Virus record (IMG/VR): IMGVR_UViG_3300042564_004498
Coordinates: 32,001 to 96,000 of that record
Length of the DNA stretch: 64,000 nucleotides
Source of the DNA: a virus
Direction: 5' to 3' (one strand)
The translations under genes were made by a program, and so were the position numbers. This document shows, one piece after another, positions 27,622 through 37,542 of the stretch; positions within the stretch are counted from its first letter, which is position 1; every line of letters starts with the position of its first letter. A model generated the notes under the pieces. That model was not told the DNA's origin and did not search any database. It saw only the letters and a list, made by a program, of their open reading frames with translations.

Positions 27622-28185
27622 TTAATAGAATGATTTTAATTCCATGTACGGCCCCAAATTATATTTGTCTATAATCTGTTTGAAGATTTGTTGTCTGTAT
27701 CTTGAACCCAATATGTTCTTTTTACTAATGAATCCATAACCAAATCCTGAATCACCACTTAATCCCACCACTTTGTAATATGGTTGGTCGTGAAGATTTG
27801 TCGGATATAATCTTGCGGTGAATTTATATCTTAAACCACCCTTAGGTCCGAATGAAAAGTCCCCTAATTCTTTTTCACCACGATGTAGTGGTCGTAAATT
27901 ATCATTTAGTCCAAGTTTTTCAACCAACGCTTCATGTATGTATAGCGCTGTTTTGTCTACAGACATATAAACAAGTGGTGTATGAGTATCTTCACTGAAC
28001 ATCATAATATCTCCATCATAAAGAACATTTATTAAATTATCAATTCCACCCATTAGTTTAGATGTAATTTGTATCCCTGATTGTTTTAACATGGATTTTA
28101 ATGCATCTTTTTTTGAATCGGATTGTTCGTTAATAACCCCTCCCATCATTGATTGTATCCTATGTATGTTCTCTTGTAAGTTCAT
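27622..28185 (-). CDS. Tagged hypothetical protein
   Basis: MNLQENIHRIQSMMGGVINEQ leader, shared with the upstream gene. Confidence 0.75.
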   Translation of the reverse strand: MNLQENIHRIQSMMGGVINEQSDSKKDALKSMLKQSGIQITSKLMGGIDNLINVLYDGDIMMFSEDTHTPLVYMSVDKTALYIHEALVEKLGLNDNLRPLHRGEKELGDFSFGPKGGLRYKFTARLYPTNLHDQPYYKVVGLSGDSGFGYGFISKKNILGSRYRQQIFKQIIDKYNLGPYMELKSFY

Positions 28186-28186
28186 A

Positions 28187-28960
28187 TTATTTAAAGTCAG
28201 GTAGTTTGGTGTCTTTAACAAATTTGTTATGTGAAGCTTTATATGATTTTTGAGTTTCATCGTTCACATCTTTGGTGTATTGCCAATTCCAATATAAATC
28301 ATCGTTTGGTTTGAAACCATAGAACTCATGAACCTTTTTTTGTATTTCAGTTACGTTCTCACCATTCCAATTCTGTCCAACACAAATAAACCCTGTCTCT
28401 ATATCCTTAACAAGATTTGATTCCCCCAATGTTGCGTGTCTATTCTCAATCCAAGTTAGTCTCTCGATTAAGTTTTGGTAGAACATATTGGTTTGTCCCC
28501 ACCTGATGGAACTAAAAAATATAACTGCGTCAGATTCAAATAACTCTTTTGATATCTTCCATAGTTCATCCTTTGGATTGTTATAACTTGCCCAACATCT
28601 ATGGTCACCTGATGGATTTTTCTTCTTATCTTTAAGCATGGATTTTAACACCCCACAACTATTCCCATCTTTTCTTGATACATTCCCTTCACAAGGAACT
28701 ATATTAAGTTCGGAAACATCAATTAAAACTGATGTATCTTTTAACTCATCGTTAAGGTACATGGCAATCGCCTTTGATTTTGGAATATCTTCGTTCTCCT
28801 TATCCCAATTATATCTATTGGAACAACTTAAGATTAAAACTTTCTTTTTATCTTTAAGAATATCTAATGTTTTCTTGATTGATTTCCATGCGTCGGACTG
28901 AACCATCTCTTCGGCAATCATCATCTCTCTTATTCTTTGTATGTTTTCTTGTAAGTTCAT
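28187..28960 (-). CDS. Tagged flavodoxin-fold / NADPH-dependent FMN reductase-like protein
   Basis: MNLQENIQRIREMMIAEE; ILSCSNR, IVPCEG, ESDAVIFFSSIRWG, LIERL; TATTTAT-N4-ATG. Confidence 0.7.
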   Translation of the reverse strand: MNLQENIQRIREMMIAEEMVQSDAWKSIKKTLDILKDKKKVLILSCSNRYNWDKENEDIPKSKAIAMYLNDELKDTSVLIDVSELNIVPCEGNVSRKDGNSCGVLKSMLKDKKKNPSGDHRCWASYNNPKDELWKISKELFESDAVIFFSSIRWGQTNMFYQNLIERLTWIENRHATLGESNLVKDIETGFICVGQNWNGENVTEIQKKVHEFYGFKPNDDLYWNWQYTKDVNDETQKSYKASHNKFVKDTKLPDFK

Positions 28961-29008
28961 ATTAATAAATATAAAAAAAAGGAGAATGTTATCTCCCTTT
29001 GTTTTATT

Positions 29009-29290
29009 TTACCTACCTTCGTATTCCCATAGTACCGCGTTACAATAAGCATGTACCGCTCCTTCAGTCATATTGGTTTTATGACAATGTTGTAGATGTA
29101 TCGGATGGTCCAAGAATCCATCAGGGAATAGTTTTAGATTGATTCGTCTCTTTGTTATTCTCTCAGGTGCGGGACTGTCTAATGTCTCCCCACAATACAT
29201 ACATAAATTGTTCTGTTCTTTGATATATTGTAACCTAACCTCTCTTCTTTGTGGCTGAGTTAATTTCGTGTAGTCTATTGGTAAATTCAT
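29009..29290 (-). CDS. Endonuclease VII-like His-Me finger protein
   Basis: QNNLCMYCG...HLQHCHKT...GAVHAYCNAVL. Confidence 0.7.
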   Translation of the reverse strand: MNLPIDYTKLTQPQRREVRLQYIKEQNNLCMYCGETLDSPAPERITKRRINLKLFPDGFLDHPIHLQHCHKTNMTEGAVHAYCNAVLWEYEGR

Positions 29291-29484
29291 ATGACAATAA
29301 TAATCATAGGTATTTATTTTGTCAAATTAAAATAGTGTGGTGAATTATAGGTATTTGTGGTGAATTATGGTTATTTATCCCCCACTCTTGTGAATAGTAG
29401 TTAAAAATGATACAACATAGGAGTGAACGAAAAAGGAGACCTTGTATGGTCTCCTTATGTAGTGAGTGAGTATGATGTATTATT

Positions 29485-30006
29485 TTACCATGTTCTACAT
29501 GCCCAATATCTTGGTTTCCATCTTGGTCCAGGGTTATCACAATTATGTCTAGCCCTAAATGATTTTCTTCTTTCAGGATTATTCTTTTTAATCCTCATTA
29601 TTTTACCATGAGCAGATTTTCCTCCAAACCCAAAGTTAACCTTTACAACCTTACCCTTATCGTTTTTAACATATACCTTTGACTTCTTAACATCACCTTG
29701 CATAATTTTACCAAGTTGGACCTTACGCCCTTGGTATTCAGCTTCGGTTAACAAATCACCAATAACAAAGTTGGTTTCTTCAACTGAACCATACTTATCC
29801 TCATACAAAGTTTTATTTTTTGAGGTCTCTTCAATCTCTTCAGATTCATTCTTAACGCAATTTGGATATCTTTTACCAAACATTGTTTTCATCCCTTTTT
29901 TGGTATAACCTTTCCAACAACCTTCAGTCATTTCAGTTTCTTCTGCAAGAACACGTTTGATTAAATGAATCAAATCTCCTTCAGTAAGTTTAATAATCTT
30001 TGTCAT
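29485..30006 (-). CDS. Tagged modular protein with basic C-terminal phage domain
   Basis: MTKIIKLTEGDL; CWKGY...PNCVK module; LLTE|AEYQGRKV...SFRARHNC...RYWACRTW. Confidence 0.75.
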   Translation of the reverse strand: MTKIIKLTEGDLIHLIKRVLAEETEMTEGCWKGYTKKGMKTMFGKRYPNCVKNESEEIEETSKNKTLYEDKYGSVEETNFVIGDLLTEAEYQGRKVQLGKIMQGDVKKSKVYVKNDKGKVVKVNFGFGGKSAHGKIMRIKKNNPERRKSFRARHNCDNPGPRWKPRYWACRTW

Positions 30007-30011
30007 ATTAT

Positions 30012-31001
30012 TTATTGTTTTAAATGTTTAAATCTAAATTCTATCTTCGCTCCTTTTGGGTCTTCCGCCTTCCATCTGAATCTCTTACCAATATAGTCTT
30101 TAAGTTCTCCCCTCATTTTGATTTTGATTGCGTCTTCCACCTTAGTTGAATCAAGGTTAGGAATCTCCCCCTTTAAATAGTTTTGTGGTGTAGTCACTTG
30201 GGTGTTGTTTTCTCTTTTAAGAACATCATATACATCTATGTCCACGAAAGCTTTGTCATCATTCACATCTATATTCTTTACTTGGAACTTTATATTTGTA
30301 TTTGGAACCATTTGTTCTGGGTCCCGATTCCAATAGTTGAACGTCTTTGCAGTTTTCTTTCTCTTTTTTAAATCAGGTTCAATATTTTTTAATTTCTGTA
30401 CCTTATTCTTCATTATCTCCTCGTGACTATATCCTCTTTCTAATAGTTTCATCTCCTCAGGAGTTAATGTGTACAAATTGTCAAACTCTTTATTGTCCCA
30501 CGATACAGGATTGGAATTACTCATTTGTCTACTCGTGGATGAAGAATAATTTGCAGTTACCTCATACCACTTATCATCTTTGAATATGTAAACTGGGTAC
30601 CATCCGTATGATGCAACTTTGTAGTATGGAATTCCTTTTGGGTCTTCAGTCCAATAACCCTCTAAGTTTGAACCCCTGAAAGGTAATTGGGCTATTGTGT
30701 ATAACTTCGCATTTGGATTTGATATAACTTTACCCTTTTGTTTTCTTGGGTCAACAAAGTTCTCCTTTGTTAGATTTGAATAGTCACCATCTTTTTTAAA
30801 GTTTAACACATACAATTCCAAAATATATTGTTCAAACCCTTCAGGTATTCCCATATATGGCGCCATGTGTTTGATGACGGTCAATAAAGATGCTCTCGTT
30901 CTATTTTTTTTCTTCTCCTCGTCTAATAACTTGAATAGCTTGGAAACCACTTTTAATGATGGCTCATTGGACTCTTCCGATATTGTGGTAATTGTTTTCA
31001 T
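30012..31001 (-). CDS. Tagged hypothetical protein
   Basis: MKTITTISEE; SYGWYPVYIF...YSSSTSRQM; TATTTAT-N5-ATG. Confidence 0.7.
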   Translation of the reverse strand: MKTITTISEESNEPSLKVVSKLFKLLDEEKKKNRTRASLLTVIKHMAPYMGIPEGFEQYILELYVLNFKKDGDYSNLTKENFVDPRKQKGKVISNPNAKLYTIAQLPFRGSNLEGYWTEDPKGIPYYKVASYGWYPVYIFKDDKWYEVTANYSSSTSRQMSNSNPVSWDNKEFDNLYTLTPEEMKLLERGYSHEEIMKNKVQKLKNIEPDLKKRKKTAKTFNYWNRDPEQMVPNTNIKFQVKNIDVNDDKAFVDIDVYDVLKRENNTQVTTPQNYLKGEIPNLDSTKVEDAIKIKMRGELKDYIGKRFRWKAEDPKGAKIEFRFKHLKQ

Positions 31002-31056
31002 TATTAATAAATATACGGATAATAAAAAACCCCCACATTTCTGTGAGGGTTATTAT

Positions 31057-31257
31057 TTATTTTACCTCTCCATAAAGGTCAACTTTATATCCTTTTTTGG
31101 TTATGATAGAATCCATATGGTACCAAAGTTTTTCTTTGTTTTCTATTGTCTCAATAACAACCTTCGTTCGGTTTGTTGTTTCTTGATTAGGACTTGTGTC
31201 AATTGTATAAGGAATATTGTTAATTTCCATATACTTAATATATTCATTTGTTTCCAT
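31057..31257 (-). CDS. Hypothetical protein
   Basis: Last ORF of an operon, before terminator 31024-31051. Confidence 0.55.
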   Translation of the reverse strand: METNEYIKYMEINNIPYTIDTSPNQETTNRTKVVIETIENKEKLWYHMDSIITKKGYKVDLYGEVK

Positions 31258-31449
31258 TACTATTTTTTTATGTCAGACATCTACTTAAGGACCAATTGTG
31301 TTTGGGTCGCTCTTAATTTCTTATTTAAATACTTCTTCACTCCGACCTCCACATACCATTTCCTGTTCTGTCTTCTACGCCTTGAGTGACAGGTAGAGCA
31401 ACTGTCTATCACTAAAGTAATAACCAATAAACATAACCACCACTTAATA

Positions 31450-32088
31450 TTATTTTTTTTCATTCCTTAATTTTCTTTTTGGCGTTGGTTCATAATACTC
31501 GTTATCAAATTGAGGAATAATTTCAGGGTTATATTCAACGCCTGTCTCATAGTTATTTCCAATCCATATGTTATATCTTTCAATGTAAGTCAACTCTTCA
31601 CAACAATCATCTCCCCATCTTTCGTAGAATTCGTCGTCTGTCAATAATTTGGTTATAAAATCTTCTTTGGTTGGGCATTTAACCAATTGACCCGCCTGAG
31701 AAGATATTAAATCACTATAGTTTTCACTGTTATACGATGGGTTATGAATAAAATTATCATATACATTATCAATAGTGTTAGTGATTGAATGTACGAATTT
31801 GCCAACCTCAACTTGGTAAGACATATATTCAGGATTATGATACCCCGAATTTATTATCTCTATTCTTTTAGGGTTCTCCAAATACCAATAAGCCATTTGG
31901 ATTGATTTAGTCATTGTATTATAAACATCTCCAAACTCATGGTTATCATTATACCATCCCGTCTGTGTTTTATAGTTTCTAAACTCTATGGAAAAATTTA
32001 AGTTACAGCCATTACCGTAATGCTCAGGACTATAATGAAAATATACCCCTAAATCTTCTAATTTCTTGTATTCATCTAAGTTTGTCAT
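31450..32088 (-). CDS. Hypothetical protein
   Basis: 212-aa ORF in operon. Confidence 0.65.
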   Translation of the reverse strand: MTNLDEYKKLEDLGVYFHYSPEHYGNGCNLNFSIEFRNYKTQTGWYNDNHEFGDVYNTMTKSIQMAYWYLENPKRIEIINSGYHNPEYMSYQVEVGKFVHSITNTIDNVYDNFIHNPSYNSENYSDLISSQAGQLVKCPTKEDFITKLLTDDEFYERWGDDCCEELTYIERYNIWIGNNYETGVEYNPEIIPQFDNEYYEPTPKRKLRNEKK

Positions 32089-32099
32089 TTTTATTTCCT

Positions 32100-32495
32100 T
32101 TAATCTTCATCAGAAATGAAATCCGAAATTGATGGTTTACTATACCAATTTGAAATCAATCCATTTTCACCAATATGTAAATCAATGTAATCACCGTATT
32201 TGCCAGGAAGTAATGCGTTAGGCACATAATCTTCCTCAATTGACAATATAGTATTCCCTTCTGAATCTAAAAGAAAGTATGAACCTTCATCACAAACTTT
32301 CATACTCAGATGACCTGTTTCACCTTTAGGCCAATCTATTACTCTACCTTCATCAATGTTAATAACTGCGGACCACATATCACCTTTTCTTAATGGAAAA
32401 TTGTTAGGTATGTCTTCTTCATCATACCTTACCGCAACATCAACTTTTACCATTGTAATTTCAACTTCTTTCTCTACTTTAATTTTTACTTTCAT
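32100..32495 (-). CDS. Hypothetical phage protein
   Basis: WPKG...KVCDEGSY...YVP...YGDYI. Confidence 0.7.
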   Translation of the reverse strand: MKVKIKVEKEVEITMVKVDVAVRYDEEDIPNNFPLRKGDMWSAVINIDEGRVIDWPKGETGHLSMKVCDEGSYFLLDSEGNTILSIEEDYVPNALLPGKYGDYIDLHIGENGLISNWYSKPSISDFISDED

Positions 32496-32635
32496 TTTGA
32501 TTATTTCTTTTTAACTTTTGGTGTTAATTCTGTTAATGGTTTCCCACATTTAATACATTTCGCAATTTTATCCGTGTCCCAAACCTCATCCATCTTAAAT
32601 GTGTGATTACATTCCGATTCTTGTTTCTCCATCTA

Positions 32636-33136
32636 TTATGATTTTAATATTCGTATCGCTCTGTTGGCACATTCATTTGTTAATCCATAACCTATGTCCA
32701 CACAATCAGGGTGATTAATATTATTGGCGGTTCTAACAAAATTCCCTCTTTGGTGTTGTAAGAAATCATTATCATCATCAAAGATAACATATTTTTCCAC
32801 TTCAGGATGTTCATCCAACCAATATTCAACTTCGTGACCTCTTTCAATTTGGTCTAAAAATACAAATGAACCTTCGTTAAATAAGTCATTACAATCCGGT
32901 GTGATATCAATAACCTCACCAGGTAACCCTCTAAACTCCCACATATCTTTCATTCTCTGTAATCCGCCAAATCTCCAAGTTGAGGATATCACAATTTTTG
33001 CACCTGTTTCTTCGATAACTCTTTTAAGATTATCAACTAAATGTTGATGGAAGGTACCACCATATTCGTCGTGACCTTGAGAATACACATTCAACACTCC
33101 ATCTATATCTAAAAATATAACCTTAATCTTTTCCAT
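32636..33136 (-). CDS. HAD-domain protein (Swiss-Army-knife RNA-repair-like)
   Basis: IFLDIDGVLN, IVISSTWR, RGHEV, YVIFDDD, GLT. Confidence 0.8.
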   Translation of the reverse strand: MEKIKVIFLDIDGVLNVYSQGHDEYGGTFHQHLVDNLKRVIEETGAKIVISSTWRFGGLQRMKDMWEFRGLPGEVIDITPDCNDLFNEGSFVFLDQIERGHEVEYWLDEHPEVEKYVIFDDDNDFLQHQRGNFVRTANNINHPDCVDIGYGLTNECANRAIRILKS

Positions 33137-33419
33137 CTTTTTTAAACTTTAAATATTGTTTATTATGTTCTTCTTCTAATTGGTTAGGAGCAAACTCTTC
33201 CCAATGTTCTACAATTCTTTGAGCACATACTTTGTGTAATTCTTCTAAAAATGCCACACAGTGATGGTCTTCTAAAGCATCAATATATTGATTGGCTTGT
33301 TCTTCGTAGTTTGGTATACTCCATGTTTCACTTGATATAACAGCCTCTTCTAATGTTACATTTATCTCATGTAAAAACACATGAACATATGTACTATTTC
33401 CTAATCTAATTGATTTCAT
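33123..33419 (-). CDS. Hypothetical protein
   Basis: Coupled ORF. Confidence 0.6.
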   Translation of the reverse strand: MKSIRLGNSTYVHVFLHEINVTLEEAVISSETWSIPNYEEQANQYIDALEDHHCVAFLEELHKVCAQRIVEHWEEFAPNQLEEEHNKQYLKFKKDGKD

Positions 33420-33546
33420 TTTTCTTCTTTGGTATTTCGTAATTTTCTTCTAACCACTCAAATAATTCGTTGGGTAATATACATGGGTAAAAATCTATAA
33501 AATCAAATAAGATTTCTTCCTAATCGTTTTCATTATTTTCTTCCAT
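33406..33546 (-). pseudogene. Small ORF with in-frame TAG at codon 9
   Basis: MEENNEND*EEILFDFIDFYPCILPNELFEWLEENYEIPKKKNEIN fills the operon gap. Confidence 0.5.
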
Positions 33547-33558
33547 ACAATATGTTTC

Positions 33559-34065
33559 TTAATCTTTATTTAATTGTTCAATAATATATTGAATACCTTT
33601 TTCAGTTAATTTATAACCATCAGGAAATTCACCATGACCGTCACTTACCCTAAATAAATGAATAGGGTTGATTAAACTTAAACCTTTTAGAACTTTGTGT
33701 TGTCGAATCACTCTTTTAGCACCTTCTCTTTTCTCATCGTTGAAAATGTCCTCAATTTTAATTTCTTCTTTTGGATATTGAGCCATTGGTACTTCCATCA
33801 TTAAATCTTCTTTTTCAACTAAATAAGGTCTAGCATGCCATATACATTTTGAGTGGTTTTGACCTGAATTATTTGGGTCAACTTCTCTTCCCATAGGATT
33901 AACCAATACTTCAGTAAACTCAACCTCATCTCCATCATAAACCGCAACACCACTAATCCAAACATAATCAGTCATTGTAACAAAATTTGAATGCAATGGT
34001 AACGCTCCTAAAATATCGTACTGAATGAACCAACTACCGTAAAGTTTTACTAATTTACCTTTCAT
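33559..34065 (-). CDS. Hypothetical protein
   Basis: ORF in operon. Confidence 0.65.
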   Translation of the reverse strand: MKGKLVKLYGSWFIQYDILGALPLHSNFVTMTDYVWISGVAVYDGDEVEFTEVLVNPMGREVDPNNSGQNHSKCIWHARPYLVEKEDLMMEVPMAQYPKEEIKIEDIFNDEKREGAKRVIRQHKVLKGLSLINPIHLFRVSDGHGEFPDGYKLTEKGIQYIIEQLNKD

Positions 34066-34068
34066 AAT

Positions 34069-34278
34069 CTATTTGTTTTTTAATTGTTCAAACCAATTTT
34101 TTACGTCACTTGGAAGTACATAAGGACACCTAATTAATAATTTTAATACTTCTTCCTTACTATAACTTCTTTCTTGTTGAGAAAATAAACTTGGTAGTAT
34201 TTCATTAACTAATATTTCAACATCAATTGAGTTACCTTTATTGTAACCCCACTTTGCTAGTTCTGTTATAAAGTCCAT
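34069..34278 (-). CDS. Hypothetical protein
   Basis: ORF in operon. Confidence 0.55.
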   Translation of the reverse strand: MDFITELAKWGYNKGNSIDVEILVNEILPSLFSQQERSYSKEEVLKLLIRCPYVLPSDVKNWFEQLKNK

Positions 34279-34281
34279 ATC

Positions 34282-34515
34282 TTATTTCTTTTTAAATTTA
34301 AAAATCTTGTCTAATCCGACCCCTAAATAAATAAGAATAAGATATGCAGGAGGAGACAAAATCAAAGAAGTAAGAAGTACAACTGGAGATACAGGTGTAA
34401 ATTGATGCCCCGTAATACTATATGATATCAAATCAATAATAGTTATTATTAATCCTAAAATTAATGTACCCATGAAACCGATTGCCGTAATTATTGTTGC
34501 GATTCTTTCAAACAT
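34282..34515 (-). CDS. Two-TM membrane protein
   Basis: Two hydrophobic segments; first gene after a TTTG-N20-TATCTTTG promoter. Confidence 0.6.
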   Translation of the reverse strand: MFERIATIITAIGFMGTLILGLIITIIDLISYSITGHQFTPVSPVVLLTSLILSPPAYLILIYLGVGLDKIFKFKKK

Positions 34516-34535
34516 AACTCATCTTTTTATTAAGT

Positions 34536-34584
34536 ACAAAGATAACATTATTATTTGTCCTAACCAAATATTTTATTATCTTTG
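34536..34584. promoter_or_regulatory. Overlapping divergent Bacteroidota-type promoters
   Basis: Minus strand TTTG-N20-TATCTTTG; plus strand TTTG-N19-TATCTTTG-N4-ATG. Confidence 0.75.
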
Positions 34585-34588
34585 TCGT

Positions 34589-35092
34589 ATGATATTAGAC
34601 CTTACAAAATACAGCATTGAAGACCTTGTTTCTTTAAAAAATGAAATCAACAATCATTTACACTTTTATGTGGATGGATATCTTTATATTTGTAATGTTC
34701 GTTCATATGGACGACAATGGAAACAGAATGTTAATAACTTACATTCCCTTCAAGAACTTTGTAACCAATACGATGGTTATGATGGTATTGTGGATATCTA
34801 TTCCACAAACCCAAACCTTTCTGAGATTGAGAACTACGGCAATGTAATGTACATTGTCTCTGAGGAAGATTATGAGAAATGGAAACAATATGATTATCTT
34901 ACCTCCACAGTTAGTGATATCAATCATAAGTTGGATGTATGGGAAAGCCGTGAACAAATGTCATTCCGAGACCGACCGACCTTTGCTCCGTATTATAATC
35001 GTGAGGAACTTGCAGGTCTTAAGAAAGAGATTGTTGAATATGATATGTCTTTTGTTGCTCCTGTTAGTGTAAAGAGAGTATATGAGGAGTAA
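34589..35092 (+). CDS. Hypothetical protein
   Basis: Start reassigned to ATG 34589, just after the promoter. Confidence 0.7.
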   Translation: MILDLTKYSIEDLVSLKNEINNHLHFYVDGYLYICNVRSYGRQWKQNVNNLHSLQELCNQYDGYDGIVDIYSTNPNLSEIENYGNVMYIVSEEDYEKWKQYDYLTSTVSDINHKLDVWESREQMSFRDRPTFAPYYNREELAGLKKEIVEYDMSFVAPVSVKRVYEE

Positions 35093-35095
35093 AAA

Positions 35096-35149
35096 AGATT
35101 ATTACCAAAATGTGTAATAATCTCCATTATTACCAAAATGTGTAATACC
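35096..35149. repeat. Tandem 22-bp repeat, each copy an inverted repeat around an 8-bp spacer
   Basis: AGATTATTAC-CAAAATGT-GTAATAATCT, then ATTATTAC-CAAAATGT-GTAATAC. Confidence 0.8.
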
Positions 35150-35243
35150 TCATCAAAAACTAATTTTTACACAACACTTTATTATAACTTTCACACAAAA
35201 CAATATTACCTTTCATGGTAAGATAAACCTCATAATTTGGGGT

Positions 35244-35618
35244 TTATCTTGTGATGATTGGTAATGTATTATCACAGTTTTTTACTTTTTTAACATAAAT
35301 GTCTGTTGGTTCCCCGACATAACTATAAACTAATTGCCAAATCTCATCAATTATATCATCATACATTTTACGGTCAGCTTGTGTCACAGGAAAATATTTG
35401 GTCCCATGGCCACCAATAACTTTAACATCTATTCTGTAATGTGAGAATCCAAATTCTTGATTTGATGCCAATTCCCTGTTGTGTGGTGCAATAACTTTCA
35501 CACCACAAACAATTCCATCATGTGAGGGTAAAAAATTTGTTTCCAATAACTTGGTTATCATTGGAGATAAATCTTTCTCTGTTTCTTCTTTTATTATTCG
35601 TCTAATAAGTTCTCTCAT
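35244..35618 (-). CDS. Tagged hypothetical protein
   Basis: MRELIRRIIKEE; TATTTAT-N5-ATG. Confidence 0.7.
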   Translation of the reverse strand: MRELIRRIIKEETEKDLSPMITKLLETNFLPSHDGIVCGVKVIAPHNRELASNQEFGFSHYRIDVKVIGGHGTKYFPVTQADRKMYDDIIDEIWQLVYSYVGEPTDIYVKKVKNCDNTLPIITR

Positions 35619-35681
35619 CCATTATAAATACCTTAACGCACCTATTTGTCAAATTGATTTTAATTATCTATCTTTGTAAAT

Positions 35682-36065
35682 ATGACCTCAGAGCTCCTGA
35701 TATTAAATAAATACATGAAGAAACTATTTCCATTTATTTTGGAAGTGGATAGTGTTTATGTTGGTGAGGAACTATATGACCCGTATACATTTAGCCCCAC
35801 AATTAACCATAGTAGTAGTGGTACCTCCCGAAGAGATAAAAACTTATTAAAAATTAACATTTATGTTTCCCCTCTCCATTTCTGTGAACTTATGGATGAT
35901 AGGGTTGAGAAGAAGATTGTTAACCACATAATTGATAATTGTTCTTCTTTACTTAAATCAGTTGTTACTTCTTGGGATGGTAATAAACCACGAATCTTAT
36001 TCTTCCCATCTGTGGGTGAAAAATCAACTATTCTTGAGGGTTTAGAATGGATAGAACAAAATTGA
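35682..36065 (+). CDS. Hypothetical protein
   Basis: TTTG-N20-TATCTTTG-N5-ATG. Confidence 0.7.
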   Translation: MTSELLILNKYMKKLFPFILEVDSVYVGEELYDPYTFSPTINHSSSGTSRRDKNLLKINIYVSPLHFCELMDDRVEKKIVNHIIDNCSSLLKSVVTSWDGNKPRILFFPSVGEKSTILEGLEWIEQN

Positions 36066-36090
36066 ATCAACCAACTAACTATTTATTATT

Positions 36091-36792
36091 ATGATAAAAG
36101 ACAAATTAACTATTGTAATTCCTGCAAAAAATGAAGCCGATGTAATTGATATTACTTTATCTCATCTTAACAACCAATACGGTATTAAAGGTACTCGTGT
36201 AATCGTTGCAGATTGTTCTGACGATATGACTGTAAACATTGTATTATCAGGAAAGTATAAAAACTTAAACCTTGAAGTTATTGATGGTGGTCTTCCAAGT
36301 GTTGCAAGAAATAATGGAGCTAAACTAGTTAAAACCGATTATGTTTTGTTTTTGGACGCCGACATATTCTTAACTGATAGACACACAATCTATGAAACAC
36401 TTAGAATTACTCAAAACAATCGTCTTCATTTAGTTACAACCAAATTTAGAGTTAAAGGGGTATACTCATTCATTTTTCCTGTGTTTGAATTTTTTAGAAA
36501 CTTAATCGCGTCAAAAGCGCCATGTGCTATTGGAGGTTATATGTTGTTTAAACTATCAGAATTTAATAAAGTTGGTGGATTTGTTAATGAAGATAAATTT
36601 GGTGAGGATTTCCATCTTAGTATGAAGATAGACCCTCGTCGTTTCTCAGTTGCTCCACATAAAATATACACAACCGATAGAAGATTCAGAAATAAAGGAT
36701 TGTTGTATATGATGAAGATGGCATTCTTAGGTTACATAAACAGAAATAACGATAACTTCTTTAGAAATGACCACAACTACTGGAAAATATAA
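36091..36792 (+). CDS. GT2 glycosyltransferase
   Basis: IVIPAKNE, VADCSDD, ARNNGA, FLDAD, GGF...EDF. Confidence 0.9.
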   Translation: MIKDKLTIVIPAKNEADVIDITLSHLNNQYGIKGTRVIVADCSDDMTVNIVLSGKYKNLNLEVIDGGLPSVARNNGAKLVKTDYVLFLDADIFLTDRHTIYETLRITQNNRLHLVTTKFRVKGVYSFIFPVFEFFRNLIASKAPCAIGGYMLFKLSEFNKVGGFVNEDKFGEDFHLSMKIDPRRFSVAPHKIYTTDRRFRNKGLLYMMKMAFLGYINRNNDNFFRNDHNYWKI

Positions 36793-37510
36793 ATGTGTAA
36801 TCCTTTCCGATTTACATTTGGGAATGGCAGATTGTAAACCTAAAAAGATTCTTAAGTTCCTTGAATCCATAAAGACAGAGACGTTAATCCTGAATGGTGA
36901 TATAATTGATATCGACGCTCTTCGTCGTGGTTCCAAGTGGAAAGGTAAACACATGAAAGTTGTTATCAAACTATTGGAGATGTCCAAAGATACAGAGATT
37001 ATCTATATCAGAGGGAATCATGATAATGATGTTAAGGATTTATACCATACATTTCTTGGTAATATTAAATTTGTGGAAGATTATATCTATACCGTTAACG
37101 ATAAAAAGTATTTTATATTTCATGGTGATAGGATAGATGTTACAACCAAATATAAATTACTTACTCAAATTGGTTCCATAGGTTATGACTTCGCCCTTAG
37201 ACTTAATACTTGGTATAACAAATACCGAGAACTCACAGGAAAACCATACTACAGTATCTCTAAAATCATTAAAGAAAACTTTAAGAAAGCATTATCGTTC
37301 ATTAATGACTTTGAAGTTAATGCTTGTGATTACGCTAAAACCCTTAATTGTGATGGCGTAATCTGTGGACACATCCATATCCCATCTGTTAAAGTGATTA
37401 ACGGTATTGAATATTACAACTCAGGTGATTGGGTTGAGAACTTCTCCGCACTTGTTTTAACAAAAAATAATAAGTGGGAATTAAAGGTTTTTGAGTACCC
37501 AAATTCATAG
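36767..37510 (+). CDS. LpxH-like metallophosphoesterase (UDP-2,3-diacylglucosamine hydrolase family)
   Basis: SDLHLG, GDIID, GNHD, HGD, CGHIH, YYNSGDW. Confidence 0.85.
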   Translation: MTTTTGKYKCVILSDLHLGMADCKPKKILKFLESIKTETLILNGDIIDIDALRRGSKWKGKHMKVVIKLLEMSKDTEIIYIRGNHDNDVKDLYHTFLGNIKFVEDYIYTVNDKKYFIFHGDRIDVTTKYKLLTQIGSIGYDFALRLNTWYNKYRELTGKPYYSISKIIKENFKKALSFINDFEVNACDYAKTLNCDGVICGHIHIPSVKVINGIEYYNSGDWVENFSALVLTKNNKWELKVFEYPNS

Positions 37511-37542
37511 ATAATTTATTCTATTATCGTATCTTTGTATCT

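Noticed and set aside
30865-31389. 174-aa plus-strand ORF and similar antisense ORFs (e.g. 39489-39923, 54735-55055)
   Set aside because: They overlap better-supported genes on the opposite strand and cross terminators or promoters.
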